Shown here in pieces: positions 10,397-22,129 of a DNA stretch of 64,000 nucleotides (its first letter is position 1; every line of letters starts with the position of its first letter). Source of the DNA: Isurus oxyrinchus (taxonomy: Eukaryota); the NCBI GenBank assembly GCA_026770705.1, contig JANJGN010000052.1, positions 2,046,001-2,110,000 of the forward strand, read 5' to 3'. The notes beneath the pieces were generated by a model. It searched no databases and was not told the DNA's origin. It saw only the letters and a program-made list of their open reading frames with translations. A program made the position numbers and the translations under genes.

Positions 10397-12600
10397 TCAC
10401 ATCCAGTCATGGACAATCAAACAACTCACTGGAGGAGGAGGCTCCACAAATATCCCCATCCTCAATGATGGAGGAGCCCAGCACATCGGTGCAAAAGACA
10501 AGACTGATGCATGCGCAACAATCTTCAGCCAGAAGTGCTGAGTGGGTGATCCATCTCGGCCTCCTCCTGAGGTCCCCAGCATCAGAGATGCCAATCTTTA
10601 GCCAATTCGATTAATTCCACGTGATATCAAGAAAGGGCTGAAGGCACTGGATATTGTAAAGGCTCCAGGCCCTGACAATATTCTGGCAATAGTACTGAAG
10701 ACTTGTGCTCCAGAACTTGCTGCACCCCTAGCCAAGCTTTTCTGGAATTTTCTAGTACAGCTGCAACACTGGCAACTACCCGGCTATGGGGTACGTCCTG
10801 TACACAAAAAGCAGGACAAATCCAACCCAGCCAATTCCCCAGCAGTCTATTCTTGATCATTACTAAAGTGATGGAAGCTGTCATCAACAGCGCTTGCAAG
10901 CAGCACCTGCTTACCAAGAACCTGCTCACTGACGCTCAGTTTGTGTTCCACCAGGATCATTCAGCTCCTGCCCTCATTACAGCCTTGGTTCAAACATGCA
11001 CAAATGAGCTGAACTCCAGAGGTGAGAGTGACTGCCCTTGACATCAAGGCAGCATTTGACTGAGTGTGGCAAATCAAGGAGCCCGAGCAAAACTGGAGTC
11101 AATGGGAATCGGGGGAAAACTCTCCGCTGCTTGGAGTCGTACCCAGCACAAAGGACGATGGTTGTGATTGTTGGGGGTCAATCATCTCAGTTCCAGGACA
11201 TCACTGCAGGAGTTACTCAGGGTAGTGTCCTAGGCTCAAACATCTTCAACTGCTTCATCAATGACCTTCCTTCCATCATAAGGTCAGAAGTGGGGATGTT
11301 TGCTGATGTTTGCACAATGTTCAGCACCATTCACGGCTCCTCAGATACTGAAGCAAGTTATGTCCAAATGCAGCAAGACCTGGACAACATCCAGGCTTGG
11401 GCTGACAGGTGACAAGTAACATTCATGCCACACAAGTACCAGGCAATGACCAGCTCCAACAAGAGAGAATCTAATTGAAGGTGCAGAAAATTTGGATTTA
11501 TGTTCAAGAGCCAGCCAGGACCAGCAGCTAGGGCGCCAAAGCGTACACATCCTTACGTGAAAACTTAAAAACCTGTACTAAGGGCTCAGTTGGAAATTTG
11601 CAATGAGGAAATGGGAGACACACACACAAGGACACTGGGTGACTCAATCAAGAAATGGGGAAGGTTATTTCACACCGTCCGATGGCCTTGAACCACATCC
11701 AGTCAGCCTCCGGAAACCTTTTGTATTGAACAAACATAGATTCTTTGCTGTCTCAAAAGGACAATAGCCAGTCTCTGCCCTGTAATTACTGCACAAGAAC
11801 ACAATTATCAGCCCACCGGAGGGTCATTGTGCTGTGGCCTTTGTCTAACTAATACCATTACCTTGTAACTGAGAGTAAAAATATATAAACTGTGCTCATT
11901 TGAACCTCGGTGGAGAAGCGCCTGGACTGCCCAGCGTTTGCTCCCCACATGCCTAATAAAGGAACCACTTGAATATTGCATCTGGAGTCCGAGTGTTGAA
12001 ATTTTGTACCAGAATATTCCACAGACCATTCATAACCATCGCCCCTTGGCATTCAATGGCATTACCATCAATGAATCCCCCAATATCAACATCCTGGGAG
12101 TTACCATTGAGCAGAAACTGAACTGGACCAGCCATATAAACACTGTGGCTGCAAGAGCAGGTCAGAGGCTGGGAACCCTGCAGACAGTAACTCACCTCCT
12201 GACTCCCCAAAGCCTGTCCACCATCTACAACGCACAAGTCAGGAGTGTGATGGAATACTCTCCACATGCCTGGATGAGTGCAGCTCCAACAACACTCAAG
12301 AAGCTCGACACCATCCAGGACAAAGCAGCCCGATTGATTGGCTCCCCTTCCACAGAGCTAGATAGATTCTTGATTAACAAGGGGGTGAAAGGTCATTGGG
12401 GGTAGGCAGGAATGTGAGGTTGAGGTGACAATCAGATCAGCCATGATCTTACTGAATGGCGGAGCAGGTTCGAGGGACTGAGTGACCTACTCCTGATCCT
12501 AACTCAGATATCCAGATGTTCTCAAAGGCAATTGGGGATGGGCAACAAATATTGGCCTAGTCAGCGACACCAACATCCCTGAAATGAATAAGAAAAAAAT
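10397..12600 (+). mobile_element. CR1-clade LINE ORF2 (RT) fragment, degenerate and interrupted
   Basis: KAPGPDNI, GVTQGSVLGSNIFNCFINDLP, GMFAD, NILGVTIEQKLNWTSHI motifs; stops and frameshifts; A-rich 3' end. Confidence 0.9.
11476..12032 (+). mobile_element. Solo LTR (ERV-like) inserted in the LINE
   Basis: TGAA...TTCA inverted termini; flanks taat/taac; TATATAAA 11882-11889; AATAAA 11955-11960; the LINE reads through once it is removed. Confidence 0.75.
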
Positions 12601-13849
12601 GTATCAATCAATTAAATTTATTGTTTAATCGAATTGAAATTCCTCCAGCTGCCGTGGTGGGATTTGAACCCGTGCCTTCAAAGCATTCACCTGGGCCTCT
12701 GGATCACTGGCCTAGTGCCATTCCCATTGTGCGACTGTCTGCTATCATCATGGCTCTTTCACATCGATGTGGAAGTCTTGATAACAGAAGCATTGGACGA
12801 GGTACAGAAAGGTGACAAATCAGGAGCTCCATTGCTCAATATGAACGGATAATAAAGATAAATGAACATAAACCTTCCAGTCGCTAATTAGGGAGTCACT
12901 GTGGAGCCCATGAGTCCCTCGCAGCGCTATTGCAACCTTCTGGATCCCCAGTAGGGGACTCGGGGTGCAGCTGTGTCTTCGTCATCATTTGGAAAAGCCG
13001 GAATTGTTCGGGTGCCCCTTCAAACAGGCCGAAGATGCAGTGGGTGATGTCTCCCACAGGCCCTGGGAGACCTCCCCTGCCAATTTGTTTTGTAGCTTAT
13101 TCTTCAACTGCGACATTGGATCAGCTTGAAAAAGGGTGAGGCTGAGGCAATACCACCAGGTAAGCGTCTATCCCCTCACACGTCACCCCCCTCCACCCCC
13201 GTAACCGTCACAGTCCCTCCCATCGTGCTGGAGGAGCATAATGTGCACATTCCCCTCCTTCCAATCAGTCTCCTCCCTTCCTCTCTAATCCTTGATCTTA
13301 TTGTGTTCGGGGTTGACATCCCAGTCCTCCTCCCTAGACTGTCTGATGTTGACATCCCAATGCCCCATGTAGACCTGACCTCTCTCCAACTAGAGGCCCA
13401 TTGTACTGTGACTTACAGAGACCACCGGCCCCCCTCGATTCCCACCCCCACCTCTACCCTCTATATTACCTGCTCCCCACTGACAGGCTGCAGATGCCTC
13501 CCCTGACTGGGATTGTGCCACCTGCGGCCTAGTATCAAGCCACCCACCCCCAGGACCGACGTGTGTGAGGGACTGACCACGTCACTCACACCATGCTGGG
13601 CACCACCAACCCAGGACTGCCAGGCTCTCCCCACCACACTGGACTGGGACTAGAATAGGCGTGCCAAGCACAGCTCTCTAAATCGTGGCGCAGACCCACA
13701 GCAGTCGCAATGTTTTGTGGCCCGAATCCTTGCTGAGGAACTGCCCAGCACTAAAAGCAAAAAAACTGCAGATGCTGGAAATCCAAAACAGAAACAGAAA
13801 CAGAAATACCTGGAAAAACTCAGCAGGTCTGGCAGCATCGGCGGAGAAG

Positions 13850-14300
13850 AACTGAGGGAGTGCGGCACTGTCGGAGGTTCAGTACTGAGGGAGTGCTGCA
13901 CTGTCGGAGGGTCTGAACTGAGGGAGTGCTGCACTGTCGGAGGCTCTGAACTGAGGGAGTGCTGCACTGTCGGAGGCTCTGAAATGAGGGAGTGCTGCAC
14001 TGTCGGAGGGTTTGAACTGAGGGAGTGCTGCACTGTCGGAGGGTCTGAACTGAGGGAGTGCTGCACTGTTGGAGGGTCTGAAATGAGGGAGTGCTGCACT
14101 GTCTGAGGGTTTGAACTGAGGGAGTGCTGCACAGTCGGAGGGTCTGAACTGAGGGAGTGCTGCACTGTCGGAGGGTTTGAACTGAGGGAGTGCTGCATTG
14201 TCGGAGGGTCTGATCTGAAGGAGTACTGCACTGTAGGAGGGTCTGAACTGAGGGAGTGCTGCGCTGTTGGAGGGTCAGTACTGAGGGAGTGCTGCGCTGT
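13850..14300 (+). repeat. 33-bp tandem array
   Basis: gaactgagggagtgctgcactgtcggagggtct units. Confidence 0.95.
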
Positions 14301-14999
14301 CTAAAGAACATTGTACAAATTGCACAAAATTGCATCTGATGCCTGTGTCTCATGCTAACATGAAGTTCATGCACACAACAGGAATATTTCTCGCTGTTTC
14401 TCAGCAGCAAGACAGCTTTGATATCACACCACCCACTGGCAAGTGTGTGCAGTTACAATGTGACATGTTTACATTGGAAATTTCTATTATAAAGATGGAC
14501 AGAGGAATTCATCTGATTGGAAAACGTGACAACATGAAGTAATGTCTTTGAGCCAAGAATTTTGCAGCAAAATAAGAATTTTAATCTTTAAATATCTACA
14601 GAACAGGCTGAGCATTTTAATCACTTGAGTTAATCAATGTAATTTTATTCATAAGCCAAATGCTTCTTACAATCTATCGCAGCATGAAAAAGGTGCAGCA
14701 TTCAGAAAGCACATTCCAATCAGAGAACAGAGTTTAGCAACGTCACATTTCTGTTCATTCCTATTCGACCATGTTGGCTGCACACAGCCAGACAATGCCG
14801 TGGTTATGATGTGTCCACACAGCAGGACTGGGGAGCACCAGGTATAAGGAAAAGTTTCAGCTTGCTGAGGAGAAGAAGGAGAATCTCTCGTTCCAGGTTT
14901 CTCTCCGTACATTAAGAAGCAGGCATGCCGATGTTTCATTGCACTCTGTCTGCTGATGGGAGTCCGCTTGGAAATTGTTGTTTGTGCTGATGGAAAGAA

Positions 15000-15610
15000 T
15001 AAGCTTTTCATAAATCGAGGGATTGAGAACAAACACAGGGAGGTTATGCTGAACATTTATAAAGCTCTGGTTAGGTCACAACTAGAGTATTGTGTCCAGT
15101 TCTGGTCTCCTCACTTTGGGAAGGAAGTGAGGGTCCTTGAGAGGGTGGGGAGGAGATTGAGCAGAATGGGTCCAGGGATGAGGGATTTTAGCTACAAGGT
15201 TGGGTTGGAGAAGCTGGGGTTGTTCTCCTTGGAGCAAAGGAGATTGAGGGGGGATCTGATCGAGGTGTACAAGATGATGATGGGTTTAGATAAGGCAGAC
15301 AAAGAGAAGCTGTTGCCATTAGCTGATGGTACAAGGACTGGGGGACACAGATTGAAGGTTTTGGGCAGAGGGGGGATGTGAGGAGTAACTTTTTTACACA
15401 GCGAGTGGTAATGAGCTGGTACTCTCTGCCTACGAGGATGGTGGAAGCGGAGACGATGAACGATTTCAAAAGGAAATTGGATGGACACTTGAGGGGAAAT
15501 AACCTTGCAGGGATACGGGGATAGAGTGGGGGAATGGGACTGACTGGATTGCTTTACAGAGAGACAGCATGGAGTCGATGGGCCGAATGCCGTCCTTCTG
15601 TTCCATGATG
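15000..15610 (+). mobile_element. CR1 LINE 3' fragment (inverted duplicate at 42830-43420)
   Basis: VMLNIYKALVRSQLEYCVQFWSPH...LEQRRLRGDLIEVYK. Confidence 0.9.
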
Positions 15611-15631
15611 AGACTGTTTCTGTACAAAGCT

Positions 15632-15771
15632 TCAAACAGTCTGTCGACTTCCTTTCACTGTTTGTCTCTCCCAGACACAGACTCCAGCGATAGTGATAAC
15701 CACAGCCACAAGGAATATCACAGCTCGTATTCCCAGGATCAGGATCACGTGCAGAATCTCTCCTCCACTGT
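15632..15771 (-). CDS. Siglec A terminal exon: Arg-containing TM plus short tail, (D)SGGEILHVILILGIRAVIFLVAVVITIAGVCVWERQTVKGSRQTV*
   Basis: Acceptor tttctgtgtgttctctag; phase 1; hydrophobic helix with one Arg; stop TGA at 15634-15632. Confidence 0.8.
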
Positions 15772-17440
15772 CTAGAGAACACACAGAAAGAAATCATCAC
15801 TGACTCTCCGCTTTCAATCTCTCACTCTGGCTGAACAATCAAGCTTCATATCACTGCAACATTTGCTGGAATATTGACCCATCCACTGGGATTCAATGTG
15901 GAATGAATGTTTTCATTGTAAACACTCTAAGAGTGGACAATCGGAACTTTCCCCTTAGCGTGGAACATTGGTGAGAATGGATCATTGTGCTGTTGGACTC
16001 CCTGTCCAATGTTTCTCTCCATCGCTGTGTACAGGATTGTGCTGTAGAAAATTCTGGAAACGTTTAGTGCAGGGTAGAAATCCATCTCGGACGCGTGTGC
16101 GAATCGGGCAAGATCGAGATGGACTCCCCCATGGACTTACACCCCCCGCTTAATAAACAGTTCCAATCTTTACCCAGAGAGAGGGGAGAATGTGGAACTC
16201 GCTCCCACAGGGAGTGGTCGAGGTGAACAGTATCGATGTATTTAAGGGGCAGGAGGGTCGGTAACCAGAGGGACACAGATTGACGAACCGGAGGGGGAGA
16301 TGAGGAGAATTTGTTTTGACAGAGCGAGTTGTTGTGATCTGGAAGGTTCTGCCTGAAAGGGCAGTGGAAGCAGATTCAATAGGAACTTTCAAAAGGGAAA
16401 TTGGATAAACACTTGAAGGAGGAAGATGGGGGCAAAATGGAGTGGTGGTTAGTGGATCTGATGGGATAGAACATTGAAAGACCTGGCACAGGCACAATGG
16501 GCTGAATGGCCTCCTCCTGTGCTGTATCATTCTCCGCTTCCATGATCTCTCCCCCAGTCAGTAACCACTCCAGATCCCTCTTGAAGGTGACAGAGAAACA
16601 GCAACCACCACACCCACTGACAGCACATTCCCGAGGATCACTACTCTCTGGGAAAAGATGAACTCCCCAACATCCAGCCTATTCCTGCTTCCCGGAGAGT
16701 GTAAACCCTTCAGGGAGGCACTGAGGAAGTTTTCAATAAAATGACATCAAATCCACCGTTTGAGAAATAATTGAATTCCGATGAACTCACAGCTTGTGTA
16801 GCAAACTGGGAAGTGGAGTTGCTGGGAAAGCTGGGAAACACAAGGATTAAGGGCTACAATGCCACCACTGGTGGGAGGCTGTAACTACAGCGTGACGTTT
16901 ACATAGGCAGTCATCATTATAAACAGGGGCATTGCACATAATGGGAATTATGTGCACGGAAATAGTGAGAACATTATGTAAGCTTTTCACCAGCAGGAAT
17001 TCTCTTCCTAAACCTCTCCAACTCTCTCTTACTCTCAGATACACAAAGAAAATGACACAGAATCAGATAAGGAAGAATTAGGTTGGTGATTCGTCAAAGG
17101 GTTAGGTTTCAGGAAGCTTCTTAAAAGGAGAGAGAGAGTTGGAGACGCAGAGAGTATCTGTGATTGTCTCTATGCATCTGAGTGTCTGTAATAGTAATTT
17201 CCATATTCTTCCATAAATATGAATGGGAACACAAATCCCAGAATTCAGGCCAACTCTCCAGTGCAGTACTGAGGGAGGTCAGGTAACCCATGAGGGAGTG
17301 AGTGTTAGTGTTTGTGTGTGAGTGTGTCTTTGTGTGTGTTCATATATGTGTGTCTGCACGTGTCTATTTAGGTGTGTATGTTCGATGGTGTTTGTGTCGT
17401 GTTCGAATCTGAGAGAGATGTTGAAGTCTGTGTAACTCAC

Positions 17441-17592
17441 GTTCCACAGTGATGGTTATGAACCCATCCACTGCTCCATGTTCATTCTCTGCCACACACT
17501 GATAGTCTCCAGTGTCCCTGGAGGTAATGTGAGGAATCACCAACCACAGCTCATTGTTGGAACTTGTTCTGTTCATTTGGACATTCAGATGT
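17441..17592 (-). pseudogene. Siglec A 5'-truncated third Ig (C2) exon
   Basis: Matches only the 3' half of exon 30903-31184; first Cys and acceptor absent; in-frame TGA directly upstream; donor gtgagt kept. Confidence 0.85.
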
Positions 17593-17916
17593 CATGGCAG
17601 GAATCAAGAAGCCCGTTCACAGGATTACCAACAGAAAGTGAACAACAATTTATACTTAATGGGAAGAGAGTGCTGATTGGTTGGCAAGTGGTCTCTGATA
17701 GGTGGAGGTGTTGCCATGGAGAATGGTGTGTGCGAGATGTAAAGTTTAGACAGCTTGTCTCTTCATTCAGCAATAATCATATAAAGATCAATTAACTTCT
17801 ATCGACTTTGAAGCACTTAGAGAGGCCTTAGAATGTGGATACAGAGAACGGGCTGCACTGTCAGAGGGTCTGCGCTGAGGGAGTGCTGATGTAGCATGAA
17901 AGGTGTATGTAATTAC

Positions 17917-18213
17917 CTTGCACAGTTAGTACAAGGGTCCGCTCCGATGAAACAGATGGATATCTCACTCTGCAGCTGAGAGTGTGTCCGTGGTGTTTGA
18001 GTGATGGGATCAGGGTCAGAACAGAAGTATAGGTCAGAGTGACACCATGCTGAGTTACAGTGTTTGAGAGTGATCCAGGTACGTCAGTGGGAGTGTCCCA
18101 GGTTAAGACAGGTGCTGCTGTTCCATTTCACGTTGTGTTGAAGGTGCAGCTTACATCCACACGCTTTCCTGCAATAATTTCAGCAGGGAATATCATGGGT
18201 TTATCTGTGAAAT
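17917..18213 (-). CDS. Siglec A C2-set Ig domain 2 exon
   Basis: 297 nt, phase 1-1, ag/gt boundaries; DFTDKPMIFPAEIIAGKRVDVSCTFNTTCNG...HGHTLSCRVRY. Confidence 0.88.
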
Positions 18214-19525
18214 CTAACAGACAGAGAATGGATTCTTTTAGAGAAATATAACGTGAAGCATCAGTTCAAATAGAAATCACAGTCCCACACGAGAAAGCAC
18301 GTTTACAAGGATGATATCAGAACTGAGAGGTTACAATGATCATTAAAGAATTGTCTATTTTTACACTTGTTGAATCTCTGTCACTCAGATTAATACACTC
18401 TCACTCAGTGACCCTTGATTTGACCAGACTGGGTGAGGGTGGAGGAACAGCTCACAGCTCGGGGAGAACAGACTCAGCATTTGGAAAAGGATATGGAGAC
18501 ACTGGAGAGGGTGGTAAAAAGCTTCACAAGGATGATCTCAGCAATGTGAGGCTTTACCTATCAGGAGAGGCTGAACAGGCTGGGACTCTGTTCTCTTGAA
18601 CAGAGAAGGTTGAGGGGTGACCTCATTTGACCTTTGAAGTAATGAAAGGTTTTGATCGAGTAGACATGGAGAGAGTGTTTCCACTCCTCACAATGAACAA
18701 AACCAGAGGCTGACAATATAAGATCCTCACTAATAAATCCAATGGGGAATTCAGGAGAAAGTTCTTTACCCAGAGAGTGGGGAGAATGTGTGCTTCAAGA
18801 ATCACTTCATTGACTGTGAATTGATTTAGGATCGTCCTGATGTGAAAGGCGCTATGGAAATGCGAGACTTGGTTTTGTGTTTTGAAAGCAGGTTTCCAAG
18901 GATGAGATGGGAACTGAGAGGTAACAACAATCAGCAGCAACTTTCCTATTTTCAAACTTGGTGGGGAATGTGTCACTGAGCTGAATACACTTTCACTCCC
19001 AGACCCTTGAATTGCCAACACTGGGGTGTGGGTGATGGAGCAGCCCACAGCTCATGGAACCCTGGCTCATCGTTCTCTCAGAGATCTGGGTCACTGATCC
19101 CATTGCTCTCTGTGGGAGCTTCCTGTGAACAAACTCACTGCCACGTTAGACAGTGACTATACTTCAAGAATTTCTTCATTGTCTGTGAAGTGATTTGAAG
19201 TTTGCTGAGGTGGTGTAAGGCGCTATAGGAATGCACATCCTTCTTTTGTCAAATTGTTAGACTTTTAAAAAGCATTAGGTAGACTGATGGGAGTGGATAA
19301 CCTGATAACATTGATGGACACAGTCAATACATTTAATCATTGATATTAAAGTGAGTATTAGAGGTTGCTTTAGGACTGAACTGGAAGCTATCACCAGGTT
19401 ATTGAGAATCAGACAGTGTGTTATAATAAGCTGTGTTTTGTGTTAATATGTAAACGTCACAGTTTGTGTTATTTCCCATTGAGTGTTGAATGTGAATTGG
19501 TGAGTAATTATAACACAGCACTTAC

Positions 19526-19894
19526 CAGAAACGTGAAGCTGGGTTACAGGGTAATAGTTATGGCTCGGACCATTGTCAAATTCTATCCTGAAAAAATAAG
19601 GTCCTGCATCTTCCCGTCTGATGTTGTTTATAATCAGGGAACAGTCGCCATCTTTCAGGTCTCCAGACAGCCGGGTCCGATGGTGGAACCGTGGTAACTC
19701 GTGACTGTGATCCTTGGAGTGAAAGGCAATGGGAGCCCAGGGAATCTGTTCCTCATTATTAAACCAGACTCCACCTCGTTGTTGGTTTTCCAGACACGAT
19801 GGATAACTGTAATGACATGGAATCTGTACACACGAACCTTCCTGCGCTGTCACCTCTCGTGGAGTGTCACCTTTCCACTCTTGTGACAGTCCAA
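19526..19894 (-). CDS. Siglec A V-set sialic-acid-binding domain exon (essential Arg present)
   Basis: 369 nt, phase 1-1; EGSCVQIPC, GDCSLII and DAGPYFFRIE Siglec signatures. Confidence 0.92.
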
Positions 19895-20758
19895 CTGTGG
19901 AGAGAAATATCAATATTTAACCCTGGATCCTCATTGTCTAAGGGATTATTTCTGATCCAAGCCCCATATTGTTGTATTGTTGATTCCGATGCAGCATTGT
20001 AGACTGACTTGTCCCCAAGCTCAGCACTGACCCTACTCCAGCAGACACTGTGAAACACACTAACAAAGTGCCTCTAGCTTGAGCTCTGCCTGTGTCGAGA
20101 GAAAGACAAATATGCAAACTGAATATTGACACCTTTACACACGGACAGCTTTACCTTCCTTCTCTCTTTCAGTTATCTTGCTCCCTTATTGAAGTATCTA
20201 GCAAGGTGAGAATGGACAGGAAGTGTGACACTGAACAGCCTGTCTATTCTAGGAGCTGCTGTGTTGTCTTCATGGGAAATTCTGACTAAAATCAGCAAAA
20301 GACACTAATTTCAGGCCATTGCTGTCAGAGTCCTAGCCACAAGATAGACTTCATCCCCTGAATTTTGTGTCCAATTTTCCACTCAAGCTTTCACCTCCGC
20401 ACACACCCACCCCGACCCCAAATGTCACTCGCTGACCTACACTGGCTCCCAGTCCAACAACACCTCGATGTGATTATTTTCACACTTGATTTCCAATCCC
20501 TCCATCACTCCGCTCCACTCCCTGTCTCTGTAACCTACTCAAACCTACAACCCTCTGTGATCTCTGCACTCCCCCAATTCTGCTGTCAGACAGGGAGTCA
20601 GTGTATATCAGGGAGCACAGGGGTGATGGGTGAATGGGACTTGGTGTGAGTTTGTGCACTGGGTCACTGCTGAATTGGTTCCGAATCACAGCTCAATAAG
20701 AATGATCTTTTACGAAGACTATTAACCATAAATCTGTCTGAGCTGACGATGATATTAC

Positions 20759-20840
20759 CTTGGAGAAGTGACAGGAGGCAGTAATATTTCCCAATTATTG
20801 TCCACTCCCAGATATTCCTTTAGCTTCTGACTCTCAAACT
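20759..20840 (-). pseudogene. Siglec A leader exon with the start codon changed to ATA
   Basis: 82-nt paralog of 45927-46008; reads ATA ATT GGG AAA TAT TAC TGC CTC CTG TCA CTT CTC CAA G|gt; in-frame TAA upstream. Confidence 0.8.
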
Positions 20841-21248
20841 CTGAAAGAGAAAGGAGTTAATGAGACCTCACCTCTTGTCCGACAGCTCTCGAGAGATCAG
20901 AACTCCTTTTACATAATGTCTACACAGACTAATTTGGTTCTCTGTGGGATGACAGGTGCTCTGCAGAGAGTTAAAAAGCTTTAAAAAAATAAATCAATGA
21001 AGGACTTGCATTTCTATAGCACCTTTCACCACCTCAGGATGTCCCAAAGCTCATGTCCCTGCACTTCCATCATCCCTTGAGCTAGAAAGATGTTCTGTAC
21101 AACAGACTTGAGCCTCACACCCAGATCTCAAGAATCAGTAGAAATCTTTCAAAGGCATCAATCATTGGAATCTGTCTTTATAAAGTCACAACATCAACAA
21201 AGGACGGTGTTGGTGGTGGAAGTGAATTCCAATCGTTCCGTTACTTAC

Positions 21249-21400
21249 CCAGGACCTGTCCGACTGCTCGCCTGGGGAGGAACTGCCCACACGCTCTGCT
21301 TGGGCTGAATGACCTCTTCCTGTGCTGCTCCCTCTGTGTATTTAATGAGAAAGGGTTGATGTGTCACTGTGAGACAAAATGAGGAAGTTGCATCAAAGTG
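21249..21400 (-). promoter_or_regulatory. Siglec A promoter / non-coding exon 1
   Basis: PU.1-type AAATGAGGAAGT site, AT-rich box, TCATTC initiator-like motif, donor ctgg|gtaagt; paralog of 45375-45518. Confidence 0.6.
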
Positions 21401-22129
21401 ACAGAACAGCTCGTGTTTTGAGTTTTTTGAAGCTGTTAACCCTTTGCGTTCTGGACTTGTGATGATATTTCTGCTCAAAAGCGGAAAGTCATTGACCAGG
21501 AATTCTCCTGTGGGACACTGGATTTCGAACCCTCTCTCTCTCTGAGTGAGTAGGTCGTCAGTTCGAAATTCATTTGGCAAAATTCAGGCTGGCAAACCAG
21601 ACCAGCACTCGGTGTCAGGACTGAGTGTCCTGCACAGTCGGAGAGTCAGTACTGAGGGAGTGTTGCACTGTTGGACGGTCAGCACTGACTTAGTGCTGCA
21701 CTGTCGGAGGGTCTGTACTGCGAGTGTTGCACTCTGGGTGTGCCAGTGCTGAAGGAGTGCTGCACTGTCAGATGGTCAATGCTGAGGGAGCGCTACACTT
21801 TTCGAGCATCAGTACTAGGGGCTGCTGCACTATCAGGGGCTCATGACTAAGGGACCACTGCAAAGTCGGAGGGTCCGTACCCAGGGAATGCTGCACTGTC
21901 GCAGGCTCAGTACCGAGGGAGTGCAAACTAAAGTAGTGACAAGGGTTGAATAAACTGGTGATGAGGTGAAAAACAAGGAAGAAAAATCAAGGAATGAGAG
22001 CAAGGGAACTGAAATCGGGCTGTGCCTCACGCAGTGATTATAAATATAATTTCCATCCTAATAACCGAAGCAGTCCCCTCGAAGAATGCTGCAGTTTGGA
22101 AGAGTTGATCCTTTCGACCCAACGGTGGG

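Noticed and set aside
15192-15800. 202-aa ORF with a Cys-rich start (CDIPCGCGYHY)
   Set aside because: Wrong-frame reading of the TM exon running into antisense CR1
19526-19894. Immunoglobulin/TCR/IgNAR V segments
   Set aside because: No recombination signal sequences; the exons end in splice donors; Cys pattern (B-E strand disulfide, F-strand Arg) is Siglec-type
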